36,195 bases of DNA from Clostridiales bacterium (GTDB taxonomy: Bacteria; Bacillota; Clostridia; Christensenellales; UBA1242): assembly GCA_918285425.1 (NCBI GenBank), contig CAKJZE010000022.1, positions 1 through 36,195 on the forward strand, written 5' to 3'. Position 1 is the stretch's first letter; each line of letters begins with the position of its first letter. The translations under genes and the position numbers were made by a program. Below, piece after piece: positions 25,556-34,830 of this stretch. The notes beneath the pieces are model-generated. The model saw only the letters and a list, made by a program, of their open reading frames with translations, had not been told where the DNA came from and did no database searches.

Positions 25556-28500
25556 TTAAAGGATAACAAGGTCGCCAGTGTGAACGCTGGCAACATACAT
25601 CTTATTGACAGGCATTTTATAGCTTTTAGACAATGCAGATGCGTAAAGTGAAATCTGCTTTTTATATTGTTTCAATTTTTCAGCAGAAAGTAAGCCGGTT
25701 TTATAGTCCACAACCGAAATCATATTGTCTTTTATTATAACAAGATCAGCAATACCTTGCACAACAATTTTGTCACCAGTGGTGGCGTTTTCAGTAAAGT
25801 CGGCAGAGTCCATTGACATGAAAAACTCTTTCTCTTTTAAAACCTTGTCAGCTCCGTTTATAAGACTTTTAAATTCCTGATTTGCAAAAAGTTTACTTAT
25901 ACCAGGCACATCAACAAGCTGCGCCTCTTCTTCCAAAATAACACCATCATTTACAAAATCACTTATTTGCTTTTGTATTTCTTGTGGTGATGACTTTTCC
26001 ATATTTAACATACTTAAAACCAAGTGATTAACAGTACCCGTTTTTGCAGATGAAGCAATTTCCTCATCATACATAACCGCATAAGATTTTTCATCATTAT
26101 CTTTTGCAGCAAAAGCTGTAACCGCTGTCTTTAGAGGTATATTAATATTGCTACTATATGGATAATGCGCATCAAAAATCTGTCTTACACTGTTAACCTC
26201 ATCTGTCGAATAATCTGAAATGATGACTTGTCTATATTCCTGCTCGGTGTCAGCTTCTATAAGCTGCTTTGCATCAACCACAACTGTATCATAATTCAAA
26301 TCATTGTATGCATAAGGATTTAAAACCAAATCACCCATAAAATCCATAAAGCTCATTGGAGATGCTGGAAACTTACTCTTTATGTCAGCATACTTACCAC
26401 TGCCGATAATGTATAAATAGTCAGTTGCACGAGTCAGCGCAACATAAAGAAGTCTTTGTTGTTCTTCAAGCAGTTTTTTGGTTTCATCCAATTTCACCGC
26501 CTGTTTTGCAAGAGTTTGACACTTATATCTTTCAATAATATTATAATAGTCCATACCAATACCAAAATCTTTAGATATCAAAATGTCATTTCTTAAGCTT
26601 TCCAGATTAAACTTTTTTGCAGTTTCAAGCAAAATTGTAACTTTAAATTCCAAACCCTTAGATTTATGTATAGTCATCACTTTAACACAACCACTTCCAC
26701 TTGCTGGCTCGCTTTTAACACTCGCAAGTGCAAGATCATTAAGATATTCATATACACTAACTTCTGGTAAAGAAATTAAAAATTTATTCAGTTTTGCAAT
26801 TCTTTTCTCATAGTCTTTCTCAAAATTAATTTTAAATTTGATGTTTAATTTGTCTATTATTTCAGTGATAATTTCTTTCACACTTAAAAATTGACTTTTT
26901 TGGCGATACTCATTTATTAAATTTAAAAAGTTGCCCAGTTTTTGCTTCAACTCACTTTCCAGTGCGTTGTAAACATTTGAACTGAATACATTGCTAAAGA
27001 AGAACTTTTCCTGTTCCCCACCAACGATCTTTATTTTTGCAAGTTCAGTTGGCGTGAAAGCAAAAATCTTTGAGTACATGCAAGTAAACAAACTCATATC
27101 TGATTTTGCACAAGATATAACTTCAAGAAAACTTTTCAGCCCCTGCACGTATTCATCTTCAAAGCAATCCCCTTCAATATCTGTAGTGACAGGTATGCCA
27201 TGCTTTTCCATGGTTTCCACAATTTTTGCAAGTGTCTTATTACGAGAGCCAGTTAAAATTGTTATATCAGAAAATTTCACACGCCTTAATTTGCCCGTGT
27301 CATTATCTGTAACCTTACAATTTTTCATGATATCTGAAATTGCTTTGACAACTAATATGCCTTCTGCACTTCCATTAATATCCAATGACTTCTCCCTTTC
27401 ATCCTCACGCACACTGTAAAGCCCAATGTCTTCTTCAACTTTTTTCTCAAAAGCACTTGTGTCGGCAAACATAATTTGTACTCGCTTTTGGTTGTCTTTT
27501 TGCTCTTCAGTACCTGGAATAAGCCTTGCTTCTGCTTTATAGTTTACCCCACCAAAATGTTCAGTCATTGTTCGGTCAAAAACACGATTGACAAAGTCAA
27601 TAATGCCACTTTTACTGCGGAAATTAGCGTTAAGTTTTTTCAAGTCTCCAACAGTATTATCTTTTTTGTAAAGGTTATATTTTCTCAAGAAAATTTCAGG
27701 ATCACACAGACGAAAACGATAGATACTTTGCTTTACGTCCCCCACCATAAATCTGTTTTTTTCTTTTGAAACCCTGTTTAAAATTTCTTCCTGAACGCCA
27801 TTTATATCTTGGTATTCATCTATTAAAACATAGTCATATTTATTTTTAATTTCCTCATTTATTATTGGATTTTCAAGCACCTTCAATGTGTATTGCTCAA
27901 GATCGTTGAAATCCAAACCACCTCTTTCAATCTTCAACTCTTTAAATATTGTTTCAAAATCTTTTGTAAGGTTATAAAGTTTATGCACGTAACTTTGAGT
28001 TTTTATAAGGTTATCACTTATATCGTCAATATCTTTTGAAACAGAGTATTCTTTAAGCTTCTTTATTCTTGCATTGACATCTTCTTTAAGTGCATTTACA
28101 GATTCATAAACCAAAGCATTTTCTTCAGTCTTCTTTGGTATTGATGGCATCCTTGTAAGATTATTAAGCCTGGTTGCATTATTTAAAAAGTTGTCCTTTG
28201 GATTAATTTGCTTTACACGAGTATCCAAAGCTTGCAAATATTCCACAAATTTTGGCTCATCAAGATTTGCACATTTTTCAATTGTCTCGGCAATAGTTTC
28301 CTGCATTCTTAAACTTTCTGCAATAAGATGAGAGTTAATAAGTTTTGCAGCAACATTTGTCTGTAAATTTTCATCATAAAGACTGTTAACAGTATTTTCA
28401 TACCACTTTTCTCTGTCAATTATTGAGCACAAAAAATCATAAAGCGACAAAATCGTCTCTTTCAGCCCAACGTCATTGCGAGATTTAGAAAAGATTTCTA

Positions 28501-28963
28501 TAAGATCATAAAAATCTTTGTCACCTTCTTGTGATTTTTGATTGAACAGTTTTAAAAGTGCCTTTTCTTTAAGTGCATCAACTTCAGTCTCATCAAGCAC
28601 AACAAAGGCTGGATCCAATCCAACTTCATAAAAATACAATTTTAAAAGTCTGGCACAAAAACTGTGCAAATTTGAAACATCACTTGTAAGCACATCATCA
28701 AGCTGCTCAAGAATAAAAGGTGAAGGTTCTTGCTTTGAAAGCTCTTTTATAAGCTTATTTTTCATATCACTTGCACTTGCTTTTGTAAAAGAGATGACCA
28801 AAAATTTTGATACAGGTATCTTTTTATCAATAATAAGTCTTATTATGTGATAAATCATGACTGTAGTTTTACCACTTCCCGCCGCCGCAGACACAAGCAT
28901 ATTATTTGCAGTAAAGTCCACAACCTCTTGTTGATCAGGGGTAAATTTTATTTCTTTTCCCAT
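25556..28963 (-). CDS. addA: ATP-dependent helicase/nuclease subunit A
   Basis: SAAAGSGKT, LHSFC, IDEYQD, VGDVKQSIYRFR, NFRS, MTIHKSKGLEF, LLYVALTRA and C-terminal nuclease QGIADL...VDYKTG. Confidence 0.93.
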   Translation of the reverse strand: MGKEIKFTPDQQEVVDFTANNMLVSAAAGSGKTTVMIYHIIRLIIDKKIPVSKFLVISFTKASASDMKNKLIKELSKQEPSPFILEQLDDVLTSDVSNLHSFCARLLKLYFYEVGLDPAFVVLDETEVDALKEKALLKLFNQKSQEGDKDFYDLIEIFSKSRNDVGLKETILSLYDFLCSIIDREKWYENTVNSLYDENLQTNVAAKLINSHLIAESLRMQETIAETIEKCANLDEPKFVEYLQALDTRVKQINPKDNFLNNATRLNNLTRMPSIPKKTEENALVYESVNALKEDVNARIKKLKEYSVSKDIDDISDNLIKTQSYVHKLYNLTKDFETIFKELKIERGGLDFNDLEQYTLKVLENPIINEEIKNKYDYVLIDEYQDINGVQEEILNRVSKEKNRFMVGDVKQSIYRFRLCDPEIFLRKYNLYKKDNTVGDLKKLNANFRSKSGIIDFVNRVFDRTMTEHFGGVNYKAEARLIPGTEEQKDNQKRVQIMFADTSAFEKKVEEDIGLYSVREDEREKSLDINGSAEGILVVKAISDIMKNCKVTDNDTGKLRRVKFSDITILTGSRNKTLAKIVETMEKHGIPVTTDIEGDCFEDEYVQGLKSFLEVISCAKSDMSLFTCMYSKIFAFTPTELAKIKIVGGEQEKFFFSNVFSSNVYNALESELKQKLGNFLNLINEYRQKSQFLSVKEIITEIIDKLNIKFKINFEKDYEKRIAKLNKFLISLPEVSVYEYLNDLALASVKSEPASGSGCVKVMTIHKSKGLEFKVTILLETAKKFNLESLRNDILISKDFGIGMDYYNIIERYKCQTLAKQAVKLDETKKLLEEQQRLLYVALTRATDYLYIIGSGKYADIKSKFPASPMSFMDFMGDLVLNPYAYNDLNYDTVVVDAKQLIEADTEQEYRQVIISDYSTDEVNSVRQIFDAHYPYSSNINIPLKTAVTAFAAKDNDEKSYAVMYDEEIASSAKTGTVNHLVLSMLNMEKSSPQEIQKQISDFVNDGVILEEEAQLVDVPGISKLFANQEFKSLINGADKVLKEKEFFMSMDSADFTENATTGDKIVVQGIADLVIIKDNMISVVDYKTGLLSAEKLKQYKKQISLYASALSKSYKMPVNKMYVASVHTGDLVIL

Positions 28964-31900
28964 AGTTTCCCCCCTTTATAAAAATCTTCTATATTTTCAA
29001 TCTCGGGCTCTCTGGCAGTTTTATATTCCTCGGTCAAAATACCACAGACATTTTTATAGTCACAATATTTGCATGGGAAAAATTTAGATGTCTTATAAGG
29101 TGTTGGGGTTATATAGCCATCTAAAATCTCTTTAGTCGCCTGACTTGCAAGCATTTTTGCATAGCTTGCGATACTGTCAATTTGATCTTTAGTCAAAAGC
29201 CCTGCATGTTCTGTAAAGACTATTTCACCACTGGCCCTGTTTCCCTTGCTTGTACTTATGGTTGGGAAAATAAATCTGCTTTTTGGGTTATCAAGAGACA
29301 AAGTGTTGTCCATTTTTAAAACTACATCAGTGTCTGCAAGAATAAATCCCTTCATCTTATAAAGATCTTTGACCTTTTCTTTTGATTCAGCAAATTCATT
29401 ATGAATAGGAAAATATAATACACCAGCTGGCTTTCTTTTCACATCTTCCACAGCATTAAGATAAATTGCAAGTTGCAATTTCACGCCATAGTAAATGTCT
29501 GAAGGCATAGCTTCAATTTTTCCAGTTTTATAATCTATTATTCTGTAATAATTATCAGTTTGGTCAAGTCTGTCAATTTTACCAACAATTTCTATTTTGG
29601 GTTTTTCACTGATAACAATTCCACTTTGTTTGCCATTTCCACCGAACCACTTTTCAGTAAAAGCAGTTCTGAACATAGATACTTTGATTTCGTCATATAA
29701 AGCATGGCACAACCTTATCACTTCTGTCTTAAGCATATTTATAAGAATTCTGTTATCATCTTCACTGTATTTCTGGTCACTCAACACTTTTTCAAGTGTA
29801 TTGACCGCAAATTTATCTATGTTTATATTTTGCTTTTTTATCGCAAAATTTACAAATTTTTCTGCCACCAAGTGCATTATGTCACCAACATCCAGCGCAC
29901 GCATAGATGCTTTCTCTCTTGGTTTAAGTTTAAGGCCATAGTCACAAAAGTGTTTAAATGGACATGCAAAATAATTTTCAAGCTCGGAAATGCTTGTCGT
30001 GCCTTTATTAAAGAACAATTGATCTGCGTTTTGAAGCGTCTTTGGCTCTTGTTCTTGATTGATACTTAAAAACTGTTTTGCTTCTTCACTTGACAAGTTT
30101 TCAGATACAGCTTTATAAAGATTTGCTATCTTATCATCACTGACGGCATATTTTTTTCCAAGTTTATATTTAACAAATGCGCCAGAAAGATACTCTTTTG
30201 CATTTTTCTCACTTCCAAGGCTTTTCACAAATTCTGAAAGTGATACTTCTTCACCTTCTTTCACTGCACTTTCAAAGCAGTATATTTCAAGATTATTTTT
30301 CTCTTCATCTTCAAAAAGTGCAGAAATGTTTTGCATCAAACTGCTCATCTTGGCTTCTTCCCCAGCCACTCTTTCAGAAAAACTTATGTATAAATTTTCT
30401 TTTGGCTGTTGCAAAAGTTCATATGCCAAAAATCTTTCCCTTCTGTTGATTGTTCTGATTGTTGGCTCAATTTTTCTTTCGTTTATACCTTCAAGGCTTA
30501 CAATTTCCGTATCCGAAATAAGCCCAAGGTCTTGCTCTCTTTTTGGGAAAGCTCCGTCATTTACCCCCATAATGTAAAGATCTTTGACATCATATATTCC
30601 ATCAGCAGTTGTAACTATCTGCACTTGATCAATTCCAAGTGGCAAAATTGAAATATCCGTTGCAGAAAGTCCACTTATTAAAAGTGTATAAAATTGCTCC
30701 AAAGACAAAACTTCTTGCCCTAAAAATTGATTAAGCATATTTAAAATCTCTTGAGCTTTTGACAAAACTTGCACAGTTGCAAATGCCTGTCTTTGCTCAT
30801 TCAATTCTTCCTGCAATTTTTGAAGCTTATTAAGTTTTTCACTTATGTCAAATTTATCAAAAAACTTTTGCAGTTGAGATACAATCTCTGATGTGGTTTG
30901 CTTCTCTTTATAGTCCTCTAAAAATTGCAAAATTACATCAGTAAGTTGAACACGTATTTTCTCTGCAGCAATTGTCTGCTGATTTTCAGCATTAATTATA
31001 AATGGTTTCAAAAATTTATTGTGATTTATTCCATATTTCAAGACATAGTTTTCAAAATCATCAACATCTGATTGATTTAAAAACAACAGTCCACACCTTG
31101 CAAGACCTATGACATCTTCTGCTTCTAAATTTTTTCTCACTGTTGCAAAAAGCAACTTAATAAGTTGAAAAAATTGATGGTTTTTAAACTCATAAGGTGT
31201 GCTGACAAAATATGGGATTTCGTATTGATCAAAAGCTCTGCAAAGCTGATCAGCATAGTCAGGATTTGCAAGATAGACACAGCTGTCCACATATCTTCCC
31301 TTTCCTGCCAGAATCTTTGACTTTATAAAACTTGCAACTTTTGCACACTCCAAAGTAACATTTGGCGTGCCAAACAAATGTATGCGATTTTCTGAAGTAA
31401 CACACTTAACTGGATATGCAAAAAGTTGATCTCTTATTTGTTTAAAATCTTTATTTAGTTCAGGATCTTTAAAAACAGATTGATATTTTATTCCAAGGTC
31501 GTCAGCCATAGCTTTAAAATGATCATAAACTTCGTTGTCTGCAATGTGTGAGTTCGCCTTATCAGGGTGCACAAAGCTTGCAGATATTGTCACACTCTTT
31601 GCCCTTTTAACAAAAGTATTTACAACCTTCACCACATTTGCAGTCACACTGTCAAAATTCAGTACATAAATGTTTGCATTTTTAACAAAATCGCTTAAAT
31701 TAGCTTCTTTTTCAAGCATTTCGAGCTTGTCATTGGGATCAACAAAATTTTCACCCAAATAGTTCTCATAAGCATCATAAATAAGTGCAATATCTTTCAA
31801 TTTAATCTTAAGTGCAGTTGAAACTTTATTTGCACTGTCAGAAAGTTCAATAGGCGAAATACCGCTGGACTTAAGTTGCTGGATTGTCTCATAGATATTT

Positions 31901-32247
31901 TCAGCAAATCCAACAGTACCCGCAGTCTTTTTATAGCAGTTTAAATTTTCAGCAAGTTGCATAATAAGACTGCGTACAATCATAACTCCAGCTTCCTTTG
32001 AAAGCGGAATAGTTTTATGTGTTTGTATTTTCTTTAAAAGTCTGTTAAAACTGTAAACATATATATTTGCAAATGCTCCACGTGAAGAGTGTTCAAGCAA
32101 AAACCTTTCGGTCTTAAGTGTCTTTGTTTCAGGCACAATGACAATGAAGTCATCAAAAACATTTTTCTCTGCTTTTTCAAGCAAAGAAATAAACGCCATC
32201 TTTGAAGCTTCTTCACATGTTGTTGACAAATAAAAGTTTAAATTCAT
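28948..32247 (-). CDS. addB: ATP-dependent helicase/nuclease subunit B
   Basis: IVPE, SFNRL, Fe-S staple ACPF...CKYCDYKNVC, and nuclease GKIDRLD...IIDYKTG...QLAIY; overlaps the addA start. Confidence 0.9.
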   Translation of the reverse strand: MNLNFYLSTTCEEASKMAFISLLEKAEKNVFDDFIVIVPETKTLKTERFLLEHSSRGAFANIYVYSFNRLLKKIQTHKTIPLSKEAGVMIVRSLIMQLAENLNCYKKTAGTVGFAENIYETIQQLKSSGISPIELSDSANKVSTALKIKLKDIALIYDAYENYLGENFVDPNDKLEMLEKEANLSDFVKNANIYVLNFDSVTANVVKVVNTFVKRAKSVTISASFVHPDKANSHIADNEVYDHFKAMADDLGIKYQSVFKDPELNKDFKQIRDQLFAYPVKCVTSENRIHLFGTPNVTLECAKVASFIKSKILAGKGRYVDSCVYLANPDYADQLCRAFDQYEIPYFVSTPYEFKNHQFFQLIKLLFATVRKNLEAEDVIGLARCGLLFLNQSDVDDFENYVLKYGINHNKFLKPFIINAENQQTIAAEKIRVQLTDVILQFLEDYKEKQTTSEIVSQLQKFFDKFDISEKLNKLQKLQEELNEQRQAFATVQVLSKAQEILNMLNQFLGQEVLSLEQFYTLLISGLSATDISILPLGIDQVQIVTTADGIYDVKDLYIMGVNDGAFPKREQDLGLISDTEIVSLEGINERKIEPTIRTINRRERFLAYELLQQPKENLYISFSERVAGEEAKMSSLMQNISALFEDEEKNNLEIYCFESAVKEGEEVSLSEFVKSLGSEKNAKEYLSGAFVKYKLGKKYAVSDDKIANLYKAVSENLSSEEAKQFLSINQEQEPKTLQNADQLFFNKGTTSISELENYFACPFKHFCDYGLKLKPREKASMRALDVGDIMHLVAEKFVNFAIKKQNINIDKFAVNTLEKVLSDQKYSEDDNRILINMLKTEVIRLCHALYDEIKVSMFRTAFTEKWFGGNGKQSGIVISEKPKIEIVGKIDRLDQTDNYYRIIDYKTGKIEAMPSDIYYGVKLQLAIYLNAVEDVKRKPAGVLYFPIHNEFAESKEKVKDLYKMKGFILADTDVVLKMDNTLSLDNPKSRFIFPTISTSKGNRASGEIVFTEHAGLLTKDQIDSIASYAKMLASQATKEILDGYITPTPYKTSKFFPCKYCDYKNVCGILTEEYKTAREPEIENIEDFYKGGKLWEKK

Positions 32248-32345
32248 ACGCAATTTCCTGTTTTTATTTTATCATAAGCCCTTAATATTTTCAAGTTTAT
32301 TTAAACAGATAATAAAATTTAACAAACTAAAATTTTTAAGTTTAA

Positions 32346-32375
32346 TTGACAAGACAAATGCATAAATTATATTAT
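32346..32375 (+). promoter_or_regulatory. Sigma-A promoter
   Basis: TTGACA-18 bp-TATTAT upstream of a GAGGTG SD. Confidence 0.6.
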
Positions 32376-32394
32376 ACTTGCAAGAGGTGAAAAA

Positions 32395-33114
32395 ATGGTC
32401 TATTGGCTTTATATTATTGTATCAATATTAATTTTGCCTGGAATAATCTATGGCATATATGCACAGGCAAGTGTATCAAGCACATTTAATTCGTTTAAAA
32501 ATGTTGCATCATCTTCAGGAAAACCTGCATATCAAGTTGCACGCGAAATGCTTGATCAAGCTGGACTTAATTACATAAAAATCAATCAAATCAAAGGCAA
32601 TCTCACTGACAACTATGACCCAAGAAAGAAAGTTCTTAATCTTTCTAAAAGCACATATTCAAGCACTTCAGTTGCCGCAATTGGAGTCGCCGCACACGAA
32701 GTTGGTCATGCAATTCAACACAAAGAAAAATATGCTCCACTTATTTTACGAAACACATTTGTTCCATTTGTAAATTTTGCAAGCTATTTATTCTGGCCAC
32801 TTATGATTGTTGGTGTTATTCTTAATATTTTGTATTACACATCTTCAGCCGGCATAGTACTGATTTGGGTTTCAGTTGCACTTTATGGAACCACAACTCT
32901 GTTTTATCTTATCACCGTTCCAGTAGAGTACAACGCTTCAAACCGCGCACTTGCGACCCTGTCACAAGGTATACTTGCACAAGAAGAGCTGCCATACGCT
33001 CAAAAAGTTCTTCGCGCTGCAGGTCAAACCTATGTTGCAGCTCTTGTCACTTCCGCCCTCTACTTCTTGCAATTTTTCCTTCGAATTCTCATTGTTTTTG
33101 GCAGACGTGATTAA
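32395..33114 (+). CDS. Membrane zinc metallopeptidase (YugP / Zn_peptidase_2 family)
   Basis: LTDNYDP, AAHEVGHAIQH (HExxH), TVPVEYNASNRA and AAGQTYVAA. Confidence 0.92.
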   Translation: MVYWLYIIVSILILPGIIYGIYAQASVSSTFNSFKNVASSSGKPAYQVAREMLDQAGLNYIKINQIKGNLTDNYDPRKKVLNLSKSTYSSTSVAAIGVAAHEVGHAIQHKEKYAPLILRNTFVPFVNFASYLFWPLMIVGVILNILYYTSSAGIVLIWVSVALYGTTTLFYLITVPVEYNASNRALATLSQGILAQEELPYAQKVLRAAGQTYVAALVTSALYFLQFFLRILIVFGRRD

Positions 33115-33119
33115 ATAAT

Positions 33120-33155
33120 AAAATTAAGGATATCATTTTTGATATCCTTAATTTT
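33120..33155. terminator. Bidirectional terminator
   Basis: AAAATTAAGGATATCA-TTTT-TGATATCCTTAATTTT perfect 16-bp stem. Confidence 0.88.
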
Positions 33156-33164
33156 TTCTCTTTT

Positions 33165-33608
33165 TTATACCCCTTCAACTTGGACTTTTACTTTGCCCAC
33201 AACACCTTTGTAAAGGCGAAGTGTTATTGTGTATGTCCCAACGGTTTTAATAGGATTTTCAAGCTCAATTTTCTTTCTGTCAATATCATAGCCAAGCTTT
33301 GCAAGTTCGTCAGAGATTTCCTTTCCACTGACGCTTCCAAACGTCTTGCCATTTTCACCAACTTTTACACCAAGAGTGATTGTCACATCTTTAAGTGCAT
33401 TTGCAATTTTTAAAGCAGCTTCAGTTTCCTCTTTAATACGTTTTGCTTCTGCAGCCTTTTCTTGTGCATTGATATTAAGATTCCCAGCATTTGCAGGCAC
33501 AGCCAATTTATTCTTGAATAAGAAGTTGTTTGCATAACCATCGCTGACATTGACAATATCGCCTTTTCTGCCAACATTTTTTACGTTTTCTGATAAAATA
33601 ACTTTCAT
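33165..33608 (-). CDS. rplI: 50S ribosomal protein L9
   Basis: MKVIL...GRKGDIVNVSDGYANNFL...GKTFGSVS...IDRKKI. Confidence 0.97.
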   Translation of the reverse strand: MKVILSENVKNVGRKGDIVNVSDGYANNFLFKNKLAVPANAGNLNINAQEKAAEAKRIKEETEAALKIANALKDVTITLGVKVGENGKTFGSVSGKEISDELAKLGYDIDRKKIELENPIKTVGTYTITLRLYKGVVGKVKVQVEGV

Positions 33609-33626
33609 AATTATCTCCTTACAAAC

Positions 33627-33656
33627 ATTATATCAGCCAAATTTACACAAAGTCAA
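33627..33656 (-). promoter_or_regulatory. Own sigma-A promoter of rplI
   Basis: TTGACT-18 bp-TATAAT with extended TGn, just upstream of the AAGGAG SD. Confidence 0.75.
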
Positions 33657-33670
33657 ATAAAAAGCCAAGT

Positions 33671-34327
33671 TTATTCACTTGGCTGATCATTTTGGCTGTT
33701 TTCAATGCAGACGCATATTCTGTTATAAAGCACTTTTTCCGTGCTATTAACCATAAAATAACATGGTTTTGATGGTGTGGATTTAAATGGATCCAACCTA
33801 AAGTTTGGCACAAGATTTGCACCATATTCTGCTGCCTGCATAAGTTCAACAACGTTTTCAACTTTCCTATAGCCGTCATTTCTTTGCGCTTCAACAGTGT
33901 TATAGGTGAAGCCCAGCAATCCCGCATAGTGATAAGTAAGAAAAGCATGAAATTTGTTTAAATCCAAAAGTGGACTGATAAATGACTCACGATCAGAATG
34001 TCTTACTTTTAAACTGCCTTTGTTGTCTTGCGAATTAAAAGCTTTATTCATTGGAACAAAGTAAATGTCACGAAGCTCTTTCAATACATCTTTTATATAT
34101 TCATTTTGTACGGCCTTATTTTTTGCAAACTCGCCGTGTTTACTTAAATAATTTTTAAGTGATGCGTCAACAATATACAAATTTATGAAGTAGCAATATT
34201 CATCAAGCGGCAGCTGTTTTGGATGATTTTGCCCAACAAAGCCAAGCAGCGCATTGTTCATGACAAATTTGAGTTCATCAACATTAATATTATAAAATAC
34301 ATTGTCAACAACTTTATTCTGTTTCAT
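33671..34327 (-). CDS. Hypothetical protein (218 aa), no recognised domain
   Basis: Long ORF; GAGGGTGG SD before ATG 34327. Confidence 0.65.
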   Translation of the reverse strand: MKQNKVVDNVFYNINVDELKFVMNNALLGFVGQNHPKQLPLDEYCYFINLYIVDASLKNYLSKHGEFAKNKAVQNEYIKDVLKELRDIYFVPMNKAFNSQDNKGSLKVRHSDRESFISPLLDLNKFHAFLTYHYAGLLGFTYNTVEAQRNDGYRKVENVVELMQAAEYGANLVPNFRLDPFKSTPSKPCYFMVNSTEKVLYNRICVCIENSQNDQPSE

Positions 34328-34444
34328 TAAACCACCCTCACCTGCCAGCATTTTACACCAAAAAACATAATTTGTAAATACCAATTATGAATTAAAAGTA
34401 TATTTTATTTCAATCAAGCAAAAATATTATACAAAGGAGTTTCT

Positions 34445-34732
34445 ATGTTTGATTTAAAATGTAAACGTCAAGACTGCAAATATAATCATAATTGCAACTG
34501 CACAGCAAAGAGTATTAAAGTTGGAAAAACCACAGATTGTGAGACTTACAGCCTAAATCCAAATTTTGTTAAAGAAAAGGACAAGATACCACAACCGCCA
34601 ATGCGCAAAAGCATATTTGTTGGCTGTGATGCAGATTGTCTTTTTAACAGCAATCACATATGTAAAGCCAATGGCATTTCAGTGATGACCAACGATAAAT
34701 CCCCCGAATGTTGCACATTCATGCCACAGTAG
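34445..34732 (+). CDS. DUF1540-like Cys-rich protein (two repeats)
   Basis: LKCKRQDCKYN...CTAKSIKV...CETY and VGCDADCLFN...CKANGISV...CCTF; AAGGAG SD. Confidence 0.75.
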   Translation: MFDLKCKRQDCKYNHNCNCTAKSIKVGKTTDCETYSLNPNFVKEKDKIPQPPMRKSIFVGCDADCLFNSNHICKANGISVMTNDKSPECCTFMPQ

Positions 34733-34792
34733 CAATCAAACACAACATAAACATAACATCAGTCATATAAAAAATGTTTATTTTTTAACAAT

Positions 34793-34830
34793 CAAAAAGC
34801 AGAACAATTTGTCCTGCTTTTTGTTTTTTT
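34793..34830. terminator. Bidirectional terminator
   Basis: CAAAAAGCAGAACAA-T-TTGTCCTGCTTTTTG plus a T run. Confidence 0.75.

Noticed and set aside
1382-33948. Many short antisense or off-frame ORFs (for example 1904-2365, 23182-23700, 24603-25088, 26991-27419, 33643-33948)
   Set aside because: They lie largely within well-supported genes and show no recognisable motifs.
34733-34770. A/C-rich AACAT micro-repeats
   Set aside because: Short low-complexity sequence with no structure.
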